Shown here piece after piece: positions 39,077 through 48,144 of a stretch of DNA of 64,000 nucleotides. Location: the NCBI GenBank assembly GCA_964416445.1, contig CAYQEE010000004.1, positions 47,868 to 111,867 of the forward strand, read 5' to 3'. A model generated the notes under the pieces. The model saw only the letters and a list, made by a program, of their open reading frames with translations, was not told where the DNA came from and made no database searches. The position numbers and the translations under genes were made by a program. This stretch comes from an uncultured Gammaproteobacteria bacterium (GTDB taxonomy: Bacteria > Patescibacteriota > Microgenomatia > Levybacterales > UBA12049). Position 1 is the first letter of the stretch; each line of letters starts with the position of its first letter.

Positions 39077-40060
39077 TTACAATATGAGATCTTTTCCAAG
39101 CGATTCTCCAATAGAGATACGCTTGATTGCCTTTGCGAGTAATGGAGCTACTGAAACAATGGTAATCTTAGGATTATTCACAATTTCATCTTGTTGAAAG
39201 ATACTATCTGTGGTAATAATTTCTTCAATCTCAGACGCATTTATTTTTTGAATTGCATGACCGGAAAATATACCATGAGTTACTGCTGCCCGTACACTCT
39301 TTGCTCCCTTATCTTTAAGGTAATTTGCTGCATTCACAATTGTACCAGCTGTATCAATCATATCATCTACAAGGAGTACATTTTTACCCCGGACATTTCC
39401 TATCATTCCTAAGGCTTTTGAACTGTTATTAACCGCTATATCACGTTCTTTATAAACTATTGCAATATCTTGTGCTTGTAATAACCTTGCATACCCTGTT
39501 GCTCGAGGTACTCCACCTTTATCTGGCGATGCTATGACCAAGTCAGTAAGATTCATTTGTTGTAATGCAGGAATTAATGAAAAGCTACCGTATAAATTAT
39601 CCCAAGGAATACGAACAAATCCTTCTTGTTGTTCTGAATGAATATCGAGGGTTAAAATTCTATCTGCACCAGCATGCTCGATCATTTTTGCAACAATGGA
39701 GGCACTTATCGGAACTCGTGCCATTTCTTTTCGATCTTGTCTAGAATAACCAAAATAGGGAATAATTGCAGTAATTTCCTCTGCACTTGCACGTTTTGAA
39801 GCATCAAGTAAAAAAATTAACTCCATCAAATGATCATTTACTGGAGGCGCTGTTGGTTGAATAATAAAAACATGTTTATTTCTTATCGTCGGAATACCTT
39901 TAATTCGTACTTCTCCATCTGAGAAGATACTAATTGGTTCACAAAGTTCTTTTTGTAAAAGAGTAGCAATTTGTTGAGCTAATTGAGGATTCGAGCGTCC
40001 AGCTAGAAGAACAAAACTATTTTCTTCCTTTGAGGGTGTACTCGTCTTAACAGTTTGCAT
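39077..40060 (-). CDS. prs: Ribose-phosphate pyrophosphokinase (paralog 1)
   Basis: FSDGE, PYFGYSRQDRK, SPDKGG, VDDMIDTAGT. Confidence 0.95.
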   Translation of the reverse strand: MQTVKTSTPSKEENSFVLLAGRSNPQLAQQIATLLQKELCEPISIFSDGEVRIKGIPTIRNKHVFIIQPTAPPVNDHLMELIFLLDASKRASAEEITAIIPYFGYSRQDRKEMARVPISASIVAKMIEHAGADRILTLDIHSEQQEGFVRIPWDNLYGSFSLIPALQQMNLTDLVIASPDKGGVPRATGYARLLQAQDIAIVYKERDIAVNNSSKALGMIGNVRGKNVLLVDDMIDTAGTIVNAANYLKDKGAKSVRAAVTHGIFSGHAIQKINASEIEEIITTDSIFQQDEIVNNPKITIVSVAPLLAKAIKRISIGESLGKDLIL

Positions 40061-40179
40061 GTTCTAAGGATAATTGTATCAGGAAATTATTTACGAATCA
40101 AGAAGACCACCCAATACAAGGATATTATATGAATAATATCCTCACCCATAAATTTAGGAGACTTTTGAGAGCAAATAAT

Positions 40180-40467
40180 TTATTTTCCTCCTAAAAGACT
40201 CCCAAGTCCTCCAATCCCTCCCATTTGTTGAAGTTTTTTGGCAGCAACTTCTTGAGATTTTTTAATTGCTTCATTGATAGCATCTTTTACATCGTTGTCA
40301 TTTTTACCATTTACTTTAATTGATATAACTTTTTGATCTCCACTAATGACTACTTGTACCCCATGCTTATCAATTGTTATATGTTCACTTTGCAATGCTT
40401 TTTGAATTGCCATTGCTTGATCTCGCATCTTTTTAATATCACCTAGTCCCTGAAATGGATTAAACAT
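40180..40467 (-). CDS. ybaB: YbaB/EbfC nucleoid-associated protein
   Basis: Directly downstream of dnaX; QAMAIQKAL...VQVVISGDQKV...AINEA; GGAGGTG RBS. Confidence 0.88.
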   Translation of the reverse strand: MFNPFQGLGDIKKMRDQAMAIQKALQSEHITIDKHGVQVVISGDQKVISIKVNGKNDNDVKDAINEAIKKSQEVAAKKLQQMGGIGGLGSLLGGK

Positions 40468-40482
40468 TTATCATCACCTCCT

Positions 40483-41958
40483 TTACTGTTTTATGATTAC
40501 CGATACTTTTAATGGTTTACCTGTTACTTCACGAATTGCTTTCTCTATTATCTCACAAGTTTTCTGTTCTTCCAATCGTTCTTTATGAAATTTATAAGAA
40601 GTCTCAAATATAATTGTACTCTCGCTTACTTCCTTAATTTTGCTACCTCGTAATACTCCTGCTATTGAATGATTGAGTGGTTTCACTTTATATATAATAT
40701 TTTCAAATAATGTTGTTAAATCATTTACATGCTTTGAAATATCCCCCTGTTCAGCAACGAGATTATTGGTATTAACTACTTTATCTTTCGCTTTATCTCC
40801 TTCTAACATAGTTTTAATTTTTAACGTTTGCTGCTTTTTTAATAGTGAATTAATAGTTGTTTTTTGCGACGTACTTACCACAGAGTTTGGTTTATCAACA
40901 CTTGTAACTTCCTCTTCGTTACACCAAACGATCACCGCCAATTCTGTTGGTAACTGAGGTATTACTGCATATTTTGTTTGCGTATATGCTTCTGAGAATA
41001 GTGATACTAACTTGCTAATATCATGAATACTAAATGATTGACCAAACTTTGAAGTTATTTCTGAAGTTATGCCAGCTTTACTCAGAAGTAGTATATGAAA
41101 ATTCTTGAGAAGATTTTCTAGAAAGTAAGTGATATTTACTCCTTCTTCAACTATTTTTTTAATAAGTAACAATGATTTTTTTGAATCTCTCTGCGATAAT
41201 AACATGAGAAGTTCTGATGAATACTGCGTAATATTAACCATATGAAACTTTTCTTCAACAAGTTCTTTGGTGATTGGATTTCCACTGGATAACGCAACAA
41301 CTTCTTCCAATATCTTTGCTGCATCACGAAATCCTCCTTCCGCCATTTTTGCAATACTTTCTAAAGCTGCATCATTGATATTCAACTTCTCTGCTCGTAC
41401 AATTCGTTGTAACGAATGAATTATTTCGGCTTCGGATGCCAGCTGAAAATTTATACGGAAACACCGAGAAAGAATCGTAGCAGGCACTTTCTGTGGTTCA
41501 GTGGTACAAAAGATAAAGATAACATGAGAAGGTGGTTCTTCAATTGTTTTAAGAAGCGCATTAAATGCTTCAGTTGTTAACATATGCACTTCATCAATAA
41601 TATAAACTTTCTTTTTCGCTTTTGATGGTGCAAGATTAACTCTTTCTCTCAATTCTCGTATTTCATCAATTCCCCTATTAGAAGCACCATCTATTTCTAA
41701 TACGTCGATATTGCTGCCATTTGTTATTGAGAGACATTGTTCACAAGTATTATCTGGTTCTCCATTTGTAACATTCTCACAGTTGATTACTTTAGAAACT
41801 ATTCTCGCAGTCGAAGTTTTTCCTAACCCCTTTGGTCCAGTAAAAAGAAATGCGTGGGGAACTCTATTTCCTGATAAAACGGCATGAAGACTTTCCCGAA
41901 GCTGAGCGCTATCTAAATCACCAATTTTCTGAGGTCGATAAGTTCGATAATAAACCAT
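40483..41958 (-). CDS. dnaX: DNA polymerase III subunit gamma/tau
   Basis: YRTYRP, GPKGLGKTS, EIDGASNRGID, IIDEVHML, AFNALLKTIEEPP, SRC. Confidence 0.98.
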   Translation of the reverse strand: MVYYRTYRPQKIGDLDSAQLRESLHAVLSGNRVPHAFLFTGPKGLGKTSTARIVSKVINCENVTNGEPDNTCEQCLSITNGSNIDVLEIDGASNRGIDEIRELRERVNLAPSKAKKKVYIIDEVHMLTTEAFNALLKTIEEPPSHVIFIFCTTEPQKVPATILSRCFRINFQLASEAEIIHSLQRIVRAEKLNINDAALESIAKMAEGGFRDAAKILEEVVALSSGNPITKELVEEKFHMVNITQYSSELLMLLSQRDSKKSLLLIKKIVEEGVNITYFLENLLKNFHILLLSKAGITSEITSKFGQSFSIHDISKLVSLFSEAYTQTKYAVIPQLPTELAVIVWCNEEEVTSVDKPNSVVSTSQKTTINSLLKKQQTLKIKTMLEGDKAKDKVVNTNNLVAEQGDISKHVNDLTTLFENIIYKVKPLNHSIAGVLRGSKIKEVSESTIIFETSYKFHKERLEEQKTCEIIEKAIREVTGKPLKVSVIIKQ

Positions 41959-42049
41959 AGGAATATATTTTACTGTAATCCTCTTGGTAATAAAATAGTC
42001 ATTCCTTCAGAATGTGGCGAAAGTATTACTAAAAAATTGAGATCACAGT

Positions 42050-42451
42050 CTATTCATGATGTAAACCGAGAAGATGAAGTAAACCGTGTTCAACTAATTC
42101 ATCTATTCTATCATCAACTAACATTTCCATCTTTATGGACTCTTTAATTACAATAGGATATGAAATAACGATATCACCTAAACGCAATTTATCTGTAGGA
42201 AGTACTGTTGGTTCTCCTTCATGCAGAGAAAAGGACAAAATATTTCTTGTTTTATCCTCCCCTTTATATTTCTTACTTAACTCTCGCATTTTTCGATCAC
42301 CGACAAATGCAAGCGATACTTCAACAGCACTTTTCACCGATTGCTTATCTAAAGTTTCTATAATCGTCTTTCTAATACGACGTCTATTAACTTTATATCG
42401 GCTTTCTACATAGAGCAGGATGGTTACATTATTTTTTGTTGTATCTCCCAT
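42050..42451 (-). CDS. ybeY: rRNA maturation RNase YbeY
   Basis: NILSF, LGDIVIS, HGLLHLLGLHH. Confidence 0.93.
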   Translation of the reverse strand: MGDTTKNNVTILLYVESRYKVNRRRIRKTIIETLDKQSVKSAVEVSLAFVGDRKMRELSKKYKGEDKTRNILSFSLHEGEPTVLPTDKLRLGDIVISYPIVIKESIKMEMLVDDRIDELVEHGLLHLLGLHHE

Positions 42452-42454
42452 ACA

Positions 42455-42643
42455 TTACCATCTTGCTGCAGCTGCTCTTGCTTGCTGTTTGTCTTTTTTC
42501 TTTTGTTTTCTTGCCTGAGAAGGTTTTAAATGAAATTTACGACGTTTTGCTTCAAAAACAACCCCATCAGCTAAGACTTTCCGCATGAATTTTCTAATTA
42601 CCGTATCATCACTATCTCCCGGCATTCGTTTAACTTTAACCAT
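42455..42643 (-). CDS. rpsU: 30S ribosomal protein S21
   Basis: IRKFMRKV, RRKFHLKPS; basic 62-aa protein. Confidence 0.9.
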   Translation of the reverse strand: MVKVKRMPGDSDDTVIRKFMRKVLADGVVFEAKRRKFHLKPSQARKQKKKDKQQARAAAARW

Positions 42644-42755
42644 AATTTTAAAACACCCCCCTTCAAAATTAAGAATTTATCAAGTCTTCTCTTTATTATA
42701 TCACAGAAAAGAATTAAGAAGAAAGCAATCTTTTCTTATAAATTAGGCATAATAA

Positions 42756-43085
42756 CTACATGGCAGCTGCTTTACCTAATGGTCCAATGAGATGAAAATG
42801 GAGATGATTTACTATCTGAGCTCCTCCTCCATTTACCGATATTCTGTATCCCCTCTTTTCTAATTTATTCTCTTTAATTAATGTTTGAATAGTTGTTCTA
42901 ACTGCCTTGAACATCTGATCATCATCAAACTGGAGGAAATCCTCTATATGCTTCTTAGGAACTACTAAAATATGAACTTTCTTTACTGGATTTATATCAG
43001 GAAATGCCATCACAGCATCATCTTCATAAAGTATTTTTGCGGGAATTTTCTTATCGCGAATTTTACAAAATATACAGTCGTTCAT
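42756..43085 (-). CDS. HIT family (Hint) nucleotide hydrolase
   Basis: DCIFCKI, HILVVPKKH, QIVNHLHFH. Confidence 0.95.
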   Translation of the reverse strand: MNDCIFCKIRDKKIPAKILYEDDAVMAFPDINPVKKVHILVVPKKHIEDFLQFDDDQMFKAVRTTIQTLIKENKLEKRGYRISVNGGGAQIVNHLHFHLIGPLGKAAAM

Positions 43086-44005
43086 ATTGTTTTTAATACA
43101 TCAACAATTGCTTGCAAGCTAAGCGATGTAGGAATCATTTTAGGATTTTTTGTTGTACCATTCAAAAGCATCTTTTTTGAAACATGCAAAAACCAGGTTG
43201 CTTTTGGATCTAGTTCTTTCAGCTTCTCGTAAACAGTTGTTAAATCAATAGAGATCTGTTTTTCCGCCTTTTCTTTACTATTTACTGGCCGTACTTTAAT
43301 TCGTACATAACCTTTTCGTGGATCTTTTCGAACTACAATTATATAGCCCATTTTCTGAGAAAGCTTTATCACGGTATCATTCAATGTTTCAAAAGCTAAG
43401 CCCATTCCAAATCGAGTTTGAAAGACTATACCTTTTTCTTGAATTTCTTTCTCAGCCCAAATTCTATTTTCGAAATTATGCAAAAATGCATCAAGACATT
43501 CCATACAAAATCCAACATAATAGTTATCTTGATTTGGTTTAAATATTTTCAAACCCTCCAATAATCCTAGAAATGATAATTCATGATAGTCTGCTGTTGG
43601 ATTATCCCAAAAAACTTCTTGAAAGTGATCAATAGAGACAACGACATTTACTAACCTTTGAAGAGCTTCTTTCTTCACTTCCCATCTATCTCCACCTGTA
43701 GTAAAATAAACGTTCTGTTTTTTTACGTAATCCCACACTAAACTCGCTGCACTTACTTTCATATCAGAAGTTTGATGATGATCAAGAGGCCCTAATCCAG
43801 TATCGACATGAATTACTTCTTCTTCACCAATCTCTTCAATAGGACCGCTTTTATCAGAATTATAAAATTCGACATTCCGATATCTTTGCCCTGCAGGTAC
43901 AAAACGTACTTCAGCACTTTCCCAACCAGGTAAAAACCGTTTTAATAACCATACTGAGGTAATGGCATCCCAATCGGGAGAAGCATGAGTAACAATAATT
44001 TTCAT
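43082..44005 (-). CDS. DHH/MYG1-like putative phosphoesterase
   Basis: VTHASPDWDA, HVDTG, LDHHQ, SAASLV motifs. Confidence 0.6.
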   Translation of the reverse strand: MKIIVTHASPDWDAITSVWLLKRFLPGWESAEVRFVPAGQRYRNVEFYNSDKSGPIEEIGEEEVIHVDTGLGPLDHHQTSDMKVSAASLVWDYVKKQNVYFTTGGDRWEVKKEALQRLVNVVVSIDHFQEVFWDNPTADYHELSFLGLLEGLKIFKPNQDNYYVGFCMECLDAFLHNFENRIWAEKEIQEKGIVFQTRFGMGLAFETLNDTVIKLSQKMGYIIVVRKDPRKGYVRIKVRPVNSKEKAEKQISIDLTTVYEKLKELDPKATWFLHVSKKMLLNGTTKNPKMIPTSLSLQAIVDVLKTI

Positions 44006-44097
44006 GATTTTTTTTCTTATAATACCGAAAAGTAATTATACATTTCGCGTTCCCGCTTGACAATATGATAAAAATCTAAGACCATAAATATAATACC

Positions 44098-44520
44098 ATG
44101 GATTCAAAAAATCAGCTGTCACAACTTGATCCTAAAATTAAAGAAGCATACGACCGGGTTATGAATACAACAGTACATCATAATCCGACTGCCCCAGATA
44201 ATACAAACGCAACGGTACCTAATGAACACAATCCTACAACCCCTCCTAGTACTCCTCCTATTGCAAAATTATCACCAACACCCGTACAGCCAGCTGCAGC
44301 ATCATTGACACCAACTCCTCAACCAGTTGTTACCAATAACTCATTACGAAGAGAACCTGAGAAAATTCATATTGGAGGAGTACCCCATGGAGGTACTATG
44401 CAAAAGAAAAAATCAGCGGTTTCACCTATTGTCTATATTATTTGTGGATTGATATTTTTAGTAATCTATATAATTTTCTGGTTAAAATTTTTTAACGTTC
44501 CTGTTCCTTTTTTACCATAG
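44098..44520 (+). CDS. Pro/Thr-rich protein with C-terminal TM anchor
   Basis: 140-aa ORF. Confidence 0.7.
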   Translation: MDSKNQLSQLDPKIKEAYDRVMNTTVHHNPTAPDNTNATVPNEHNPTTPPSTPPIAKLSPTPVQPAAASLTPTPQPVVTNNSLRREPEKIHIGGVPHGGTMQKKKSAVSPIVYIICGLIFLVIYIIFWLKFFNVPVPFLP

Positions 44521-44532
44521 TACGAGTTTCAT

Positions 44533-46239
44533 TTACTTTGTTACAACTTTAAGAAGTTCATCAATGGTATACAAATGCACTGATTGTTCTTTGCGCCTTT
44601 TGAATTCCACTTTTTCTCCAGTTTTAGCACTGACAACAAGGCGTATGGGTATTCCTAACAAATCTGCATCAGCAAATTTTTCTCCAGGATTTACTTCTCT
44701 ATCATCATAAAATACTTGTATACCTTTCTCTTGTAAATAACTATAGAGTTGTTGTGCCTTTTCGTTTTGTCGAATTGAAATTAAATGAACCTGGAAAGGT
44801 GAAATATTTTCCGGCCAGACTAGTCCCTTCTCATCAGCAAACTTTTCAACGATTACTCCCATAACTCGTGATGGTCCTATACCATAACAACCCATATATA
44901 TTGGCTGTGATTGTCCTTTTTCATCAGTAAAGGTAAAATTAAATGCTTTAGTAAACTTTGTATGTAAAGGAAAAATATTCCCTACTTCTGCAGCTTTATA
45001 AACTTCGTAAACTTCACCAGTTGCAGGATAGATATCCCCCTCTTTCGCAACTTTGAAGTCATAATATTCTTTTGGTTCAGCAAGATCTCGTCCAAAATTC
45101 ACATTAATTGAATGATAATGCGTCTTATTTGCACCCATTTCAAAATTTTTTCTTCCTTTCATTGATTCATCCATATAAATTTTAACTTCCTGCGGAAGAT
45201 TCAGTAATCCTGCATATCCCACTTCCGCGTTAGTAACTCGCTTAACAGTTTCTGCACTAGCCAATGTTAGTTTTTCAGAATGGGTTATCTTTAAGAGCTT
45301 TTCTTCATTAATATCATATCCTCCACGAACGCCAGCTGCGATTAATTCCCCCTTCTCATTTTCAAAAAGAATAGTTTTTGTTGTTTTCTCAACAGGTATT
45401 TTTAAATAACGAGCTAATTCATCTACTCCAATAATCCCTTTCCCTTCTACTTCTTGTAATTCTTTCATGTCTTCAGCACTGTCATCAATAGGTGGAGCTT
45501 TACTTGGCGCAATCTCACGATTAAAAGTGATATTCTTGCTTTTTGCATGAAAGATAATATCCTCCCCTGCGTCGCAAACTGTTTGAAATTCATGCGAAAA
45601 ATCTTTAGTAAAATCACCACCTGACGCTAACGTTAAGAATGTGGTATGTTGGCCAATTCCTAACCTTTCAAAAACTTTCCAATACGCTTCTTTCGTTTTT
45701 TCATAATAAGCCTTTAGGTCTTCACTACTGGTATGAAAACTGTATAAATCTTTCATTCTAAATTCACGACATCGCATTAACCCTGATTTGGCTCGAGGTT
45801 CATTGCGAAACTTTGTTTGAATTTGATATACACCAATGGGAAAATCTTTATAACTTCGAATATATTCCTTTACTAACGGAGTAACTATTTCTTCGTGGGT
45901 TGGACTTACAATGTATTCAGTATCATTTTTTGCTTTCGCAAAAGCATTTGCAGGTATAGTTTTCATAAGTACATTATTTGTATTTCCTCTACCTGTTTTT
46001 TCCCAACTTTCCACAGGAGCGAGTGTTGGCATAAAAATTTCCATACCAATTTTATTCATTTCTTCACGAATAATATTCTCAATTTTATTTAACACACGTA
46101 ATCCAAGAGGTAAAAATGTATACACTCCGGCAATTTCTTGATGAATATATCCAGCCTGAATGAGCAATCGTGCATTCTTTGATTGTAGTTCAGAACTAAA
46201 TGTTTTACTTGTCTTAAAAGGCAATTGTGAATATCTCAT
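44533..46239 (-). CDS. proS: Proline--tRNA ligase (with YbaK-like editing insert)
   Basis: GVYTFLPLG, PTHEE, KFRNEPR, REFRMKDLYSF, EVGNIF, MGCYGIG. Confidence 0.98.
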   Translation of the reverse strand: MRYSQLPFKTSKTFSSELQSKNARLLIQAGYIHQEIAGVYTFLPLGLRVLNKIENIIREEMNKIGMEIFMPTLAPVESWEKTGRGNTNNVLMKTIPANAFAKAKNDTEYIVSPTHEEIVTPLVKEYIRSYKDFPIGVYQIQTKFRNEPRAKSGLMRCREFRMKDLYSFHTSSEDLKAYYEKTKEAYWKVFERLGIGQHTTFLTLASGGDFTKDFSHEFQTVCDAGEDIIFHAKSKNITFNREIAPSKAPPIDDSAEDMKELQEVEGKGIIGVDELARYLKIPVEKTTKTILFENEKGELIAAGVRGGYDINEEKLLKITHSEKLTLASAETVKRVTNAEVGYAGLLNLPQEVKIYMDESMKGRKNFEMGANKTHYHSINVNFGRDLAEPKEYYDFKVAKEGDIYPATGEVYEVYKAAEVGNIFPLHTKFTKAFNFTFTDEKGQSQPIYMGCYGIGPSRVMGVIVEKFADEKGLVWPENISPFQVHLISIRQNEKAQQLYSYLQEKGIQVFYDDREVNPGEKFADADLLGIPIRLVVSAKTGEKVEFKRRKEQSVHLYTIDELLKVVTK

Positions 46240-46292
46240 AAAAACTCACCATAGTATAGCAAGTTTTTTACATAAATGAGAGATGTAGTTTA

Positions 46293-46667
46293 TTATCTCT
46301 TATGGGTATTCAGTGGTTCACCAATTCGTCGCGGACGAATTGCATTTGATGATTGAGATGATGTTTGTATCATATCTGAAGAAGCATGCTTATGAAGAAA
46401 CTTCCCGACAAAACTTACTACTTGGAAAAATTTCATCCCGAAAAAACTTGGTGAACTTGCATGAGTAACTTTCATGTCATCCGGCCAATTCGCTTTCGTA
46501 ACAGTCACTTTCCCTACTTCAACAAGGCTCACTGGATTTTCTGATTGCGAATGACTACCTTGTCCACCGGATAAAGTAGCTTGATCACTATTTGCAACTT
46601 TCCATTGTGGGACATCATCGGTGATATTAAATTTTGGATCATATCGCGGACTTTCTGGACCTGGCAT
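46293..46667 (-). CDS. Hypothetical protein
   Basis: 124-aa ORF filling the intergenic space; no family recognised. Confidence 0.5.
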   Translation of the reverse strand: MPGPESPRYDPKFNITDDVPQWKVANSDQATLSGGQGSHSQSENPVSLVEVGKVTVTKANWPDDMKVTHASSPSFFGMKFFQVVSFVGKFLHKHASSDMIQTSSQSSNAIRPRRIGEPLNTHKR

Positions 46668-46707
46668 ATATTTATCTTATTAAAGATTTTCTATAACTGC
46701 AAGTTAC

Positions 46708-48135
46708 CTAATAAGTAATAACTAATAATTTCGGTTCAGTCATTTCTTCCATAGCATATCGGACACCTTCTCGTCCAAAACCTGAGTCTTTAACTCCCCC
46801 ATAAGGCATATGATCAATACGATACGTTGGAACATCATTAATTATTAGACCACCTAGGTCTAACTCTTTATAAGCCTTATGAATAAGAAATATATTTTGC
46901 GTAAAGATTCCTGCTTGCAAACCGAAAGTTGAATTATTGACTTCATCTAACACTGAGTCAAAATTCTCATAAGGAATTACTGTTATTAATGGACCAAATA
47001 TTTCCATGCAATTCACTTTCATTTTTCCTGTTGTGTTTGATAATATTGTAGGCCGAATAACATTTCCTTCTCTTGTACCCCCTGAGATAACTAAAGCACC
47101 ACCTTCTTTTGCCTCCTCAATCCAATCCATTATGCGATCAGCCTCTTTTGAATTAATCAGGGAAGCTACCTGTGTTTGTGGATTTCGTGGATCACCGACA
47201 ACTAATGCTTCAACTTTTTCCTTCAATAATGATAAAAATCGATCATAAACTGATCTGTGAATAAAAACTCTTTGAGCCGAGATACAAGATTGGCCAGCAT
47301 TTGAAAATCCTCCAGTTGCAATAGCACTTGCTGCTTTCTCTAAATTTGGCGCGTCTTCATGAACCACAACTGCTGCATTTCCACCTAATTCAAGTGCGAC
47401 CTTCTTACCAGCTGCCTTTTCTTTAATACTCCATCCAACTTTTACCGAGCCGGTAAAACTAACCATTTTAACCCGCTTATCTGTTACGAGTATATCAGCT
47501 GCATCATAATCAGATGGCATGACATTTAACCCTCCGGGTGGCAGACCTGAGACTTCATATGCCTTGGCTATATGCAATGCGCTAAATGGAGTTTGTGTTG
47601 CTGGACGTACAACTACGGTATTTTTACTTGCAAGAGCTGGAATAACTTTATGCATAACAAGGTTTAGAGGAAAATTAAATGGAGAAATTGCTGCTATAAC
47701 CCCCAGTGGAAACCGTTCAACTTGAGCAGTTCTGTTTTCTCCCCAAGGTCTTCGATCAAGAGGAAATGTCTGTCCATAGAATCGTTTACATTCCTCTACA
47801 CCATCTTCAATCGTGTGTAAGGCTCTCTGAACTTCTGCTTTAGCTATCGTGATAGGTTTTCCTGCTTCATTGGAAAGATCATTCGCAACTTCTTCTAAAT
47901 TATCTTCAAAATATTTTTTTATTTTTCCCAATCCATCCGCAATTTTATAAGTAGGCAAGTTTTTTATCTGGTAAAATGCGTTATCTGCTGCTTCGATTGC
48001 TTGTTTCATCAACTCTGCATTGGCAATACCAACAGTTCCGACAATAGCCTCATCATAAGGACTCTTAATTTCCTGCGAGGCCGGAGGTGTTATCCACTGA
48101 TTATTGATAAATACTCTGGTAAATTCTGACTTCAT
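46708..48135 (-). CDS. Aldehyde dehydrogenase (ALDH21/SSADH-like)
   Basis: PFNFPLNL, SFTGS, LELGGN, GQSCIS, EIFGP, FGLQAG, PYGGVKDSG. Confidence 0.93.
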   Translation of the reverse strand: MKSEFTRVFINNQWITPPASQEIKSPYDEAIVGTVGIANAELMKQAIEAADNAFYQIKNLPTYKIADGLGKIKKYFEDNLEEVANDLSNEAGKPITIAKAEVQRALHTIEDGVEECKRFYGQTFPLDRRPWGENRTAQVERFPLGVIAAISPFNFPLNLVMHKVIPALASKNTVVVRPATQTPFSALHIAKAYEVSGLPPGGLNVMPSDYDAADILVTDKRVKMVSFTGSVKVGWSIKEKAAGKKVALELGGNAAVVVHEDAPNLEKAASAIATGGFSNAGQSCISAQRVFIHRSVYDRFLSLLKEKVEALVVGDPRNPQTQVASLINSKEADRIMDWIEEAKEGGALVISGGTREGNVIRPTILSNTTGKMKVNCMEIFGPLITVIPYENFDSVLDEVNNSTFGLQAGIFTQNIFLIHKAYKELDLGGLIINDVPTYRIDHMPYGGVKDSGFGREGVRYAMEEMTEPKLLVITY

Positions 48136-48144
48136 ATATTCTCC

